Of a DNA stretch of 64,000 nt, positions 49,850-58,606 are shown one piece after another. A program made the translations under genes and the position numbers. The notes beneath the pieces were generated by a model. That model worked only from the letters and a program-made list of their open reading frames with translations. It made no database searches and was not told the origin of the DNA. Source of the DNA: a candidate division FCPU426 bacterium (GTDB lineage Bacteria; Oederibacteriota; Muellerivitia; Muellerivitales; Muellerivitaceae); NCBI GenBank assembly GCA_963796105.1, contig CAWCKJ010000002.1:1-64000 (forward strand), in the 5' to 3' direction. How positions within the stretch are numbered: position 1 is the stretch's first letter; each line of letters begins with the position of its first letter.

Positions 49850-50047
49850 TGGCACAATCGCTCCTAAGTGGCACAATCCCCGAAAAGTGGCACAATCGGT
49901 CAGATAAGCCGGTGTCAGATAAAACTGTGGTTTTATTGGTGTTTTTAAGAACCGTATTTGATTGTGCCACCCGATTGTGCCATTGTGCCACTCGGTGACA
50001 TGCCGATTTTTAGCGGTTTGGCACAATCGCCCCGAAATGGCACAATC
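49850..50047. repeat. TGGCACAAT direct and inverted repeat cluster
   Basis: Forward at 49850, 49869, 49888 (19-bp period), 50019 and 50038; inverted at 49960, 49973 and 49981. Confidence 0.85.
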
Positions 50048-50084
50048 CGGCTCCGGGAGCATGAGGATAAACCGCCCACATTTT

Positions 50085-50504
50085 CGCCGGTAACCCGGGA
50101 TAACCTGGTGACACCTGCTGGCATTTTCGTCGGTAAGCCGGGATAACCTGGTGACACCTGCTGGCATTTTCGTCAGTAAGCCAGGATAACCTGGTGACAC
50201 CTGCTGGCATTTTCGTCGGTAAGCCGGGATAACCTGGTGACACCTGCTGGCATTTTCGTCAGTAAGCCAGGATAACCTGGTGACACCTACCGGTATTTCC
50301 GCCGATAACCCGGGATAACCTGGTGACACCTACCGGCATTTTCGCCGATAACCCGGGATAACCTGGTGACACCTGCTGGCATTTTCACCGGTAACCCAGG
50401 ATAACCTGGTGACACCTGCCGGTATTTCCGCCGATAACCCGGGATAACCTGGTGACACCTACCGGCATTTTCGCCGATAACCCGGGATAACCTGGTGACA
50501 CCTG
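50085..50504. repeat. 10 x 43-bp tandem array with invariant core GGATAACCTGGTGACACCT
   Basis: GATAACC begins at 50099, 50142, 50185, 50228, 50271, 50314, 50357, 50400, 50443 and 50486. Confidence 0.95.
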
Positions 50505-50869
50505 CGCCCCAAAATAATCAAGTCTCTAAATGCCGATAAGCCGAGAACAGTGGGACTTAAGCCAGGAACCGGGAGGATAACCTGCCCACATTGCTGGTGG
50601 CCTGTCCTGAGTGTCACTGGCCAGCCACTTTAACCCCCCTGGCCGCCTACTTTGCCCCCCCTCTTTTGGGCACTTCGAGGGGTGCCTGTTTCGGGGACTT
50701 CGACCCCTGCCTTGCGGGGCCTCTTTTTTAGATTAATTTAGACCCATCAAACTCCTTTCACAAGATGCGTTTTGCTTCCCCAACATTGGATGATACGAAG
50801 TCCCGCGCAAATCCCGTAACCAATAGGCGCAAGATTGCACGAATAAGACAGCATCGAACGATGGGTTTC

Positions 50870-51649
50870 TCATAGTTTTGCCTCTTTTTCCCTGCTGTGT
50901 TCTTTTTTCATTTCTTCGCGCATGGAACGGGTCCGAAAGGAAGGGCCCTGAATGACGACGGCAGTGGCATGGTGGACCAGGCGGTCCATGGCAGCCGAGG
51001 CTAGGAGGGCGTCGCCGAAAAGCTCCGGCCACTCCCGCAGACTGCGGTTGGTGGTAAAAATCAAGGAGCCCTTTTCATAACGCTCACAGATGATGTCGTA
51101 AAAATCCTCGGCGACCTTGGTGTCGAAGGGCTTGAGACCCCAGTCGTCCAGGATCAAGAGGTCGGGTTTCAGGAAGGATGCGAATCGGTTTTCCCAGGTA
51201 CCGTCCCCGCGCGAGGCCGCTAATCGTTGGGCCGCATGCGAGGTCTTGATAAAGAGTACCTCATAACCCTTGCGGCAGACTTCATGGGCCAAAGCGCAGG
51301 CCAAATGGGTTTTGCCCACACCTGAGGGACCGATGAAAAATAGGTTCTCTTTTCGCTCCACGAAAGAACAAGTACCCAAATCCAGGATTTGTTGCCGGTT
51401 GATGGCCGGGTTGAAGGCGAAATCGAACCCCGTTAGAGTCATATGGGTTGAGAAGCCCGCCTTTTTCAGCCTTCTTTGGAGTTGGCCCACTTGGCGGCGC
51501 TCCAGCTCATCCAACAGCAACTGGCCCAGGAAATCCATATAACCGATCTGGGATTCAATGGCCTGCTGGTTTCGGATTTCCAGCGTCTCCAACATACCTG
51601 CGAGTTTTAACCTTCTCAGGTGCGGCTCCAACTGATGTTTATTTTCCAT
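50870..51649 (-). CDS. istB: IS21 helper ATPase
   Basis: GPSGVGKTHLA, DLLILDDWG, TTN...W, DRLVHH..GPSFR. Confidence 0.95.
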   Translation of the reverse strand: MENKHQLEPHLRRLKLAGMLETLEIRNQQAIESQIGYMDFLGQLLLDELERRQVGQLQRRLKKAGFSTHMTLTGFDFAFNPAINRQQILDLGTCSFVERKENLFFIGPSGVGKTHLACALAHEVCRKGYEVLFIKTSHAAQRLAASRGDGTWENRFASFLKPDLLILDDWGLKPFDTKVAEDFYDIICERYEKGSLIFTTNRSLREWPELFGDALLASAAMDRLVHHATAVVIQGPSFRTRSMREEMKKEHSREKEAKL

Positions 51650-51662
51650 ATATGCTTCCTCC

Positions 51663-53219
51663 TCAATTTTTATCCAGAGCCAAGGCACGGAGGAAATCCT
51701 CCGCGGGCCGGGCGAAATCGAAAGACGACTGGGGTTTGAGTGAAGGATCCGACGGCGGGTCCAACGGGTTTTGATCGAGGTTCTTTTGAAGGATGTTTTT
51801 GATGGATTGGTACGTGTAGTTTCCGAAATGGAGGGCCCTTAGACAGGCTGCCTCCAGACGGGAAGGCAGGTACTTTTCCCTCAAGCGCAGAATGCCCTGG
51901 GCTTTGCGCAGATGGTCCAGGGGGTGGGAGTGTTCCAGCAGGAGTTGGATTAATTGATGGGTATTAGGTCCAATGGCCTGGGCCTGTTTGAGGCACCATT
52001 GTGGGGTTCGTTCCAAGAAGACCGCTTTTTCAGGGGGATAGTGGCCCGGGTTGGTGCGCCAGGTTCCCTTGCGTGTGGCCTTGGCGTGGGAAGCCACGCA
52101 TTCGTGTTTGAGAAATATATCAACGGTGGTGTCGGTTAATTGGGCCAGTAGTTTTTGGCCCCGAAGACGGTAGGGAGCCGAGTAATAGGAACCTTCCACG
52201 ACTACGTGGCAATCGGGGTGCAGAGTGGCTTCTTTGAAGAAAGTTGGATGGTAAGCCGCGGTAGGCAGGGGCAAAAGGGCCTTCTGTTCCACGCTCTGGA
52301 AGACGGCCAAGGGTTGAAGCCGGGTGGTGCCATGATCCCGTAAACCTGCCTTGTTCATCACCCAATCGCGGAGTTGATGGTTGGCATCGGTGCGGCCCTG
52401 GAAGGAACGACCCTTGAAGAAGGAATTACGGACATAGGGCACGCCGCGTTCAACTTTACCCTTGTGGCGTGGAGTGGCGACGCGGCAAGGGGAGATGATG
52501 AAGCCGTAATGGTTGGCGCATTCCACGTAGGTACGGTTGGCCAAGGGATCATAGAGGGCCGCCTTGACGATGGCGCTTTTCAGGTTATCGATTACGATTT
52601 TTTTAGGGACTGAATTGAAGAACTCGAAAGCCCGGCGGTGGCAGGCGATCCAGGTTCTCACGTCCTGTGCGAATACAATCTCGGCGTACATATGCCGGGA
52701 ATGGGAAAGGGTCATCACGAAAACCCAGGCCTTGGCTTGCTTGCCACGCGTCTCGTCCCACAAGCGGCCCAAAAGCCCGAAATCCACTTGGGCCTCCTCG
52801 CCGGGCGCAACCTCCAGCCTCACGTAGGCGGGTTTCTCATTGCGAAAAGGCTCCGTATACCTCTTCAGGGTCGAGTAACTCCCCTTCCACCCGTGCCGCT
52901 CTTGAAGCATCTCCTGGATGCGAATCAAGGTGAAATCTTCCTTCAACCATTCTTGGATGATTCCCTTGAGGGCCTCCAAGGCATGAGCGGGAACGGGCGT
53001 GGATTTTTCGCCGTCTTCCCAAGCCTTCGCCAAATCCTTTTCCAGGGGAAGTTCCCCTTGGAGAAAGCCATGTTCTTTCGCCCAACGCACGTATTGCTTG
53101 ACCGTGTGCTTATTGCATCCCAGGGCCCGGGCAGTGGGTTTGAACCCGCCCAAGGCCTGGTAAGTCCTCAAAATCTCACGAATAGTCGCCATGTCGCTCT
53201 GCCTCCCTTGTCGGGTCAT
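51663..53219 (-). CDS. istA: IS21 transposase
   Basis: PGEEAQVDFG, LSHSR, DNLKSAI, KGKVE. Confidence 0.95.
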   Translation of the reverse strand: MTRQGRQSDMATIREILRTYQALGGFKPTARALGCNKHTVKQYVRWAKEHGFLQGELPLEKDLAKAWEDGEKSTPVPAHALEALKGIIQEWLKEDFTLIRIQEMLQERHGWKGSYSTLKRYTEPFRNEKPAYVRLEVAPGEEAQVDFGLLGRLWDETRGKQAKAWVFVMTLSHSRHMYAEIVFAQDVRTWIACHRRAFEFFNSVPKKIVIDNLKSAIVKAALYDPLANRTYVECANHYGFIISPCRVATPRHKGKVERGVPYVRNSFFKGRSFQGRTDANHQLRDWVMNKAGLRDHGTTRLQPLAVFQSVEQKALLPLPTAAYHPTFFKEATLHPDCHVVVEGSYYSAPYRLRGQKLLAQLTDTTVDIFLKHECVASHAKATRKGTWRTNPGHYPPEKAVFLERTPQWCLKQAQAIGPNTHQLIQLLLEHSHPLDHLRKAQGILRLREKYLPSRLEAACLRALHFGNYTYQSIKNILQKNLDQNPLDPPSDPSLKPQSSFDFARPAEDFLRALALDKN

Positions 53220-53416
53220 GCCGTTCTCCTCACATGAAGTGAAAAAAGAAAGGAATGACGGTTAGAGAGGCCCTTGGCAAGGGGGTCAAAGTCGGTGGCC
53301 AGACAGGGGGTCAAAGTGACTGGCCAGAGGTGGGGTCAAAGTGCTTGGCCAGCTAGGGGGTTAAAGCTCGCGGCCAATGACACCTGAGCTCTGTCGAAGG
53401 GCATCTGCCCTGGTGA

Positions 53417-53476
53417 CAGCTGGGCCTTCGCCCGGAGGACGTGGCCGCGGCCGTGCGGCAAGTTCGTAAACGGTGA
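53417..53476 (+). pseudogene. C-terminal remnant of the antitoxin upstream of the PIN gene
   Basis: QLGLRPEDVAAAVRQVRKR* ends in GTGA overlapping the PIN start; no start codon is left. Confidence 0.45.
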
Positions 53477-54119
53477 AGCGCGTCGTCTTCGATACCAATG
53501 TCTGGGTTTCGGCGTTTGCTTTTCGGGGGCGAGTCCGCCTCCTTTTGGAGCCGCTCCTGCGCGGGGAGGTGGATGTGGCGCTTTCCCCCTTCATTCTTGA
53601 CGAAACGGCCCATGTCCTAAGGGGGCGCAAGTTCAAATATTCAGCCGAAGCGGTTGCGGCCGTCGAGCGTGAGATGAGGGACATGGCCCGCATGGTCCGT
53701 CCGGTTGAGCGTTTGAGGGTTCTGAAAGACGATCCGGACGACGATCGGATCTTGGAATGCGCCGTGGCATCTGGCGCCGAAATCATCGTTTCAGGGGACC
53801 GGCTGAATTCAGGCCCCGGCTTTAGCCGGGGACAAGCCGTGCACTTGGCCGGGGATCTTACTCCGGCCAAGTGGCGACCCGAAGCTCTGACCTCCGCTGC
53901 GGTGAGGAGGGCCGCCCTTGGCCGCATCTTTTATCGCTCGGCTCCTACAGGGGCATACGCATCCTGGATCCCGCGGCGTTCCTCGGGGAACTTGCGGGGG
54001 TATCGGATGCCGGGGTAAATCCGGAAGGCGGTCCTGGCGCGCGGGAGAATCAAGCTGCCTACCGGATGAGTGGGCCAAAAGTGAAGCCCCAGTCCAAGAA
54101 AAAGAAAAGGTCAGCCTGA
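53473..54119 (+). pseudogene. PIN-family toxin gene frameshifted by a 122-nt insertion
   Basis: VVFDTNVWVSA...DDPDDDRILECAVASGAEIIVSGD, then the insert, then PHLLSLGSYRGIRILDPAAFL in another frame. Removing 53801-53922 gives a 174-aa ORF. Confidence 0.85.
53801..53922 (+). mobile_element. Three-hairpin mini-element, copy A
   Basis: Interrupts the PIN gene; homologous to the reverse complement of 63450-63547. Confidence 0.75.
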
Positions 54120-54248
54120 ACCAAAGCTCACGTGAAGTTATATAAAATGACCTCCAAACTTTTAATGCGGGGAACGACAAATTATGGCGCTTTGGGTTAT
54201 AATGACTTTCAAAGAGATAGTTTGTTAACTGATTTTAGGGGCGAAATC

Positions 54249-54539
54249 ATGGGCATCCAAGAAATCCTTCAGAATCAACGGTCTAAAATTCTCGAAATCG
54301 CGCATAAGCACGGGGTCAAAGACATAAGTGTCTTTGGGTCGGTGGCCCGTGGTGACGCCCAGGAAAACAGTGACGTGGATTTTCTCATAACGGCGGGTTC
54401 AAAAGTTAGTCCCTGGTTTCCAGGGGGACTTGTCGCCGACTTGGAAGATCTCTTAGGCCGGAAAGTCGATGTAGTGGAACCTAAGGCCTTACGACCGGAA
54501 ATCCGGCAAAACGTGCTTTACGAAGCCCGTCCGCTTTGA
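54249..54539 (+). CDS. MntA-like nucleotidyltransferase antitoxin
   Basis: VFGSVARGD..NSDVDFL, LEDLLGRKVDVV. Confidence 0.9.
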   Translation: MGIQEILQNQRSKILEIAHKHGVKDISVFGSVARGDAQENSDVDFLITAGSKVSPWFPGGLVADLEDLLGRKVDVVEPKALRPEIRQNVLYEARPL

Positions 54540-54865
54540 AAGACGAAAGCTCTTACCTGCGTCATATTTTGGAATGCGCTGCGGCTGTTCAAGGCTATGT
54601 GGCTGAAGGCCGCGAGGCGTTTAATCACGACCGCCGTACCCAGAAGGCGGTCCTTAGGGAACTCCAGGAACTATCGGAATCACTTCAACACATTTCCAAA
54701 GAAACAAAAGAAAAACATCCTGAAATCCCGTGGCGTGACATTTCGGCTTTCCGAAACGTTTTGGTGCATGATTATCTCGGCATTAATTTAGACCGAATTT
54801 GGGAAATCATCCATGAGGATTTGCCGACTCTTGCGGAAACAATTAAGGCCTTGTTTGGGTCGTAA
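54536..54865 (+). CDS. HepT-like HEPN toxin (DUF86)
   Basis: HPEIPW..I..FRNVLVHDY (RX4HXY). Confidence 0.92.
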   Translation: MKDESSYLRHILECAAAVQGYVAEGREAFNHDRRTQKAVLRELQELSESLQHISKETKEKHPEIPWRDISAFRNVLVHDYLGINLDRIWEIIHEDLPTLAETIKALFGS

Positions 54866-54913
54866 CGCGGGAGAGAGGAACCGACCGAGAAGATAAACCG
54901 CGGGGTTTTAAAT

Positions 54914-54947
54914 AAAAAAAAGCCCGGCGGCTTTTCAGCCCCGGGCT
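54914..54947 (-). terminator. Terminator after small peptide gene 1
   Basis: AGCCCGG..GGCT/AGCC.CCGGGCT stem with an A-run; near-identical copy at 58297-58325. Confidence 0.75.
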
Positions 54948-55000
54948 ATCAACAATTAAAAATTCAAAATTAAGAATTTAAAATTCGGTGGTTTTCCCGC

Positions 55001-55231
55001 TCAGCGGACCGTAACCGGCGCGCTTGCTGATCCGGCTGGTTTGTGGTTGAGATTGCGGTGGAACCTCGGTCCCACGAATTTCTTCTTGCTGTATTCCTTC
55101 TTGGGGCCGGTATAGGCCGGGCGGGTGTGGACGCGTTTGGGCTTGGCCGTAGAATTATCCTGCGCGAAGCTCATTCCCGCGAACACCGCCAGGAACATCA
55201 TCACCATCCCGATCGTGAATATTTTTTTCAT
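55001..55231 (-). CDS. Small secreted cationic peptide, copy 1 (76 aa)
   Basis: AAGGAG RBS; signal MKKIFTIG..SFA-Q; K/R/P/H-rich mature part; two paralogues in the window. Confidence 0.85.
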   Translation of the reverse strand: MKKIFTIGMVMMFLAVFAGMSFAQDNSTAKPKRVHTRPAYTGPKKEYSKKKFVGPRFHRNLNHKPAGSASAPVTVR

Positions 55232-55297
55232 TTCAATCTCCTTAATTTAAAATTTAGAATTCAAAATTTAAAATTCGCGTTCTTTCGCTTATTCGCG

Positions 55298-58042
55298 TCA
55301 GTGTATTATTGCCACTTTTCCAGTATAGGTCTTTCCATCTACTTGTATTTTATAGATATACAACCCCGTCGCCACCTGCGATCCGGCTTGGTTCTTTAAG
55401 GTCCATTCCAATAAGTTCGTTCCCGTTGTGCCTGAAATCTTCGTATTGTAAACCAACTCTCCAATAAGGGAATAAAGGTTTAATTTGATAGCGGAAGCGT
55501 TAGTTATGGTGACCCGGAACTGGATCGGCGTGCCGTCCTTGGAAATGCTTGGCGCTGAAACCACAGCAGGTCCCACTCCCGGTGTAGGCGTAGCGGTCTG
55601 ATAAATCGGCGTCGGGGTAGGGGTTGTTTCGGGTTTGACTCCTAAAACCACATTCTTGATTTTGACGGAGCCGGTGTTTGAATATTCATCAATGACATAA
55701 TTCCCGCAATCCACCACGAATAAGTCGCCGGAAGAATCGTATGACAAACAGCTAGGATTATAGAAATCGATGGTCCCGCCATCAACTTCGCCTGAATGAG
55801 ACCCGGTGTTGGAGGTCAAAACAACGCGGTTATTATCCCAATCGCTGATATAAAGGTTGTCATTCGAGTCAATTACCAAGCCAGCGCTATAAGTGCCTAA
55901 AGACGTGCTCCAACCACTACCTGAACCATTAAAGGAAGTTATAAGACTATATGTATTTTTGTTGTACTCGGAGATGGTTATTCCTGGATTTCCATAAGTA
56001 TCAACCCAGTAATTTCCGCTTGAGTCTAGGGCTAAATCTTGTGGGTATTCTGTGGACCCTGCGGGAATGATGTTGGTTCCTGTATCATCGGACCAAGAGA
56101 TGGACCAGACCCCCGTGTCGTCCGCCACCAAGAGGTTTCCGTTTTTATCAATTCTGACACTGTTGCACAAATAGCAGGCGCCTTGTGCGTTCCAGGTTAT
56201 ATCGGGCACATAACCCGTAGCGTTAAGGAAAAAGCCGGCTACCCCATTGCCATATTCAGGGACGTAGAGTTCGTCGTTACTATCAATAGCCATATTTCCA
56301 ATAAAGCCGCCTGTTGTGGGGATGGTATAAAGTAAAGTAGTGCCGGTAATGTCATAAACGTAAATATCTCCAGTCGCGTCGCCATCATTGATCACTAGAA
56401 AATTAGTACTATCCGTCACGACACTCCATGGATTAGTGTCGGAATCCATGCCTGAGGGACTATAAACCGTTGATAAATTCCAGCCGGTTAATTGCTGGGG
56501 CGGGGTAGAGGTAAAGGTGGGCGTATAGGTGGAAGTCCCAGTGGGTATTGGTGTTGGGGTATTAGTAGGCTGGCAGGGAGGTACAATTTCTAAAGCAAAC
56601 AATTCCGCGCCATTTGCTTTTTTAAAGCCACAAGTTACGGCATAAGAACTTAAAGGACCAAAAGGGGGAAGAAAGTTCGTGTCAAGGTCCCCAATACCGC
56701 CACTTATTGGGGATTTGTATTCAGAAGTATGTACTAATGCCGGGGATGAAAAAGTAACTGGCAATAAAGTAGAACCGGCTAGATAACCCTCTATGTCGGT
56801 AAATATTCGACTGTAATATTTGCTAGTGTTTAATGTAATCGCATGTTGGGTATTTGAGTTTAATGTATCGTCAAAAAATGACACTGCTCCGAAAGGAGCG
56901 CTAGTATTAACATTCCAATAACTCGCGACATAAGCATTGAATCTTGTTGCCGAACTACAATTTACAGATACTCCTGAGGAGCCGGTAGGAGGATTGGAAA
57001 GATACCAAAGGGAATGTGTGAAATTGGAACCAATTATGGGTGTGAAAACCGGCGTACAAATTGAACCCCCAATATTAACTTGAGATATGGTTGAGGTTTT
57101 ATCAGCAATGATGACATCAACAAGCGCTATTGGATTAGGGTTACTCCCAATAGCTATAGTTGAAACCTGACGCAAACCCGCCGCGGCCGCTGTTCCATTT
57201 GTTGAATTATCAAATTGAACAAAGCATTGCGGGGTGATGGTTGGCGTAAAAGTAAAGGTAGGTGTGTATGAAGGGGTATAAGTATATGTTGGTGTATAGG
57301 TATAGGTAGGTACGGCACCATTTCCAACAAGTTCCACCCCTTGGAAATCGGCTTTTTGGGCTGAAGATAATGAATAGGTCATTTGTGTCGCGCCGGCGGC
57401 TCCTTTTGTCAAATAATCTCCCTCAGTAGTAAGGCTTATGGGCTCATTCCAAGTTTGTGTATGCCCTGTTCCGGTCGGGTTGATGGAAATGACCGTAGCA
57501 CCAGTAGCCTGCAGGCACATTCCCGCGATCAGGCTTGTATTATATTTTGTGGTAAACGCGAATGACTGGCTAGCCGTCGCTGTAGTGTTGGCTAAATATT
57601 TAGTGTTTCCAAAATACGGGTTTTGATTGACATTTTGGTAACAGACCGCGGCCATATTAATATTCGAGACGGGCGTACTTGTGACAGTAAGAATGACAGG
57701 AATACTTCCAGTACCCGGGTTGAGAAAATAATAAGTATCAAGAGTTAATCCGTTCGTGGCATCCGAACTATGAATGGATCGCGTCATGGCTTTTCCATTG
57801 CAGGTCGCGGATATTGTCGCGGCCGCTATTTGAATAGAAGCTTGAAGAAGCACCACCGAATTTGTGGTGCCAGCGGGAATATTCAAGGTAACAGTTGCGG
57901 GCGAGGTACTGGATTGAGTCGTGGCCATTGAAACATACACAGGCTGGGCCTGGGCCAGATGAGAATTAAAAAGAATGAAAAGCAGGAAAAAGATTTTAAC
58001 CGGATGAAAAAGATTAATATTTTTTGTAGTAAAAAAACGCAT
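55298..58042 (-). CDS. Secreted modular protein: two N-domains, PT linkers, propeller, FlgD-Ig/T9SS-like CTD
   Basis: Signal ending AQAQ; propeller (DTNPWS, DDTG, SDWDNNRVV, VVDCGN) and CTD (PSISKDGTPIQF..GLYIY..GKVAIIH) shared with the S53 protein. Confidence 0.88.
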   Translation of the reverse strand: MRFFTTKNINLFHPVKIFFLLFILFNSHLAQAQPVYVSMATTQSSTSPATVTLNIPAGTTNSVVLLQASIQIAAATISATCNGKAMTRSIHSSDATNGLTLDTYYFLNPGTGSIPVILTVTSTPVSNINMAAVCYQNVNQNPYFGNTKYLANTTATASQSFAFTTKYNTSLIAGMCLQATGATVISINPTGTGHTQTWNEPISLTTEGDYLTKGAAGATQMTYSLSSAQKADFQGVELVGNGAVPTYTYTPTYTYTPSYTPTFTFTPTITPQCFVQFDNSTNGTAAAAGLRQVSTIAIGSNPNPIALVDVIIADKTSTISQVNIGGSICTPVFTPIIGSNFTHSLWYLSNPPTGSSGVSVNCSSATRFNAYVASYWNVNTSAPFGAVSFFDDTLNSNTQHAITLNTSKYYSRIFTDIEGYLAGSTLLPVTFSSPALVHTSEYKSPISGGIGDLDTNFLPPFGPLSSYAVTCGFKKANGAELFALEIVPPCQPTNTPTPIPTGTSTYTPTFTSTPPQQLTGWNLSTVYSPSGMDSDTNPWSVVTDSTNFLVINDGDATGDIYVYDITGTTLLYTIPTTGGFIGNMAIDSNDELYVPEYGNGVAGFFLNATGYVPDITWNAQGACYLCNSVRIDKNGNLLVADDTGVWSISWSDDTGTNIIPAGSTEYPQDLALDSSGNYWVDTYGNPGITISEYNKNTYSLITSFNGSGSGWSTSLGTYSAGLVIDSNDNLYISDWDNNRVVLTSNTGSHSGEVDGGTIDFYNPSCLSYDSSGDLFVVDCGNYVIDEYSNTGSVKIKNVVLGVKPETTPTPTPIYQTATPTPGVGPAVVSAPSISKDGTPIQFRVTITNASAIKLNLYSLIGELVYNTKISGTTGTNLLEWTLKNQAGSQVATGLYIYKIQVDGKTYTGKVAIIH

Positions 58043-58378
58043 TGCGGCTTCCGATCCTCCGGGAATAGACCAGCTTAAAACTTAAATAAATTCAGGATTT
58101 TCACTCAGGGGTTTGGGGTTTGACAGCCATTGTGTGTAGTATAGTGGTTGGAACCTTTGGTACCAGCTGTAAATATTGAACCCTGTCCTTAAATTATACA
58201 GTTTATCGGTGGGGATAGATTAAATAACAAATAGTATTAAACGCACAAATATGGGATTTTTATGGATTTAACAATGAAAAGAGGGGGGGTAAAACAAAAA
58301 GCCCGGCGGCTATTCAGCCCCGGGCATTCAGCAATTTAAAATTAAAAATTGAGAATTTAAAATTCGGTGGTTTTCCGC

Positions 58379-58606
58379 TTAACGGACCGTAACAGGCGCG
58401 CTATTTGATCCGGCTGGTTTGTGTTTTAACCTGCTGGGGGCCAAGAACTTGGGCCTTAACTTGCTGATGTCGCCCCTCTTCACCTGGTGAGGAGGCCGGC
58501 TGTGCCGGGCCTTGTTATAAGGCACTGTATTATCCTGCGCGAAGCTCATTCCAGCGAAAACCGCCAGGAACATCATCGCCATCCCGATCGTGAATATTTT
58601 TTTCAT
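58379..58606 (-). CDS. Small secreted cationic peptide, copy 2 (75 aa)
   Basis: Same RBS, signal and HKPAGSxSAPVTVR tail as copy 1, with a divergent core. Confidence 0.85.
   Translation of the reverse strand: MKKIFTIGMAMMFLAVFAGMSFAQDNTVPYNKARHSRPPHQVKRGDISKLRPKFLAPSRLKHKPAGSNSAPVTVR

Larger units (their letters stand above)
50612..53382 (-). mobile_element. IS21-family element (2771 bp) with 6-bp TSD CCTGAG
   Basis: TGTCA...TGACA termini; subterminal GGGGT(C/T)AAAG..TGGCC repeats (4 at the istA end, 2 at the other); CCTGAG at 50606-50611 and 53383-53388. Confidence 0.95.

Noticed and set aside
49354..50329. ORFs across the repeat mosaic (LEPWN.., SPGYPGL..)
   Set aside because: They arise from 8-9 bp and 43-bp periodicity that cycles through frames; no RBS or domain is evident.
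50085..50504. CRISPR array
   Set aside because: The intervening 24-mers are variants of each other rather than unique spacers, and no cas genes are present in the window.
50099..53386. 43-bp core as binding sites for the adjacent IS21 transposase (shared TGACACCTG)
   Set aside because: Part of the match comes from the TSD, and this IS21's own subterminal repeats (GGGGTCAAAG..TGGCC) differ from the array.
53473..54018. Intact 181-aa PIN protein as given in the ORF track
   Set aside because: Its C-terminal part is read-through of the 122-nt insert into the wrong frame; the true tail is in the 53871-54119 frame.
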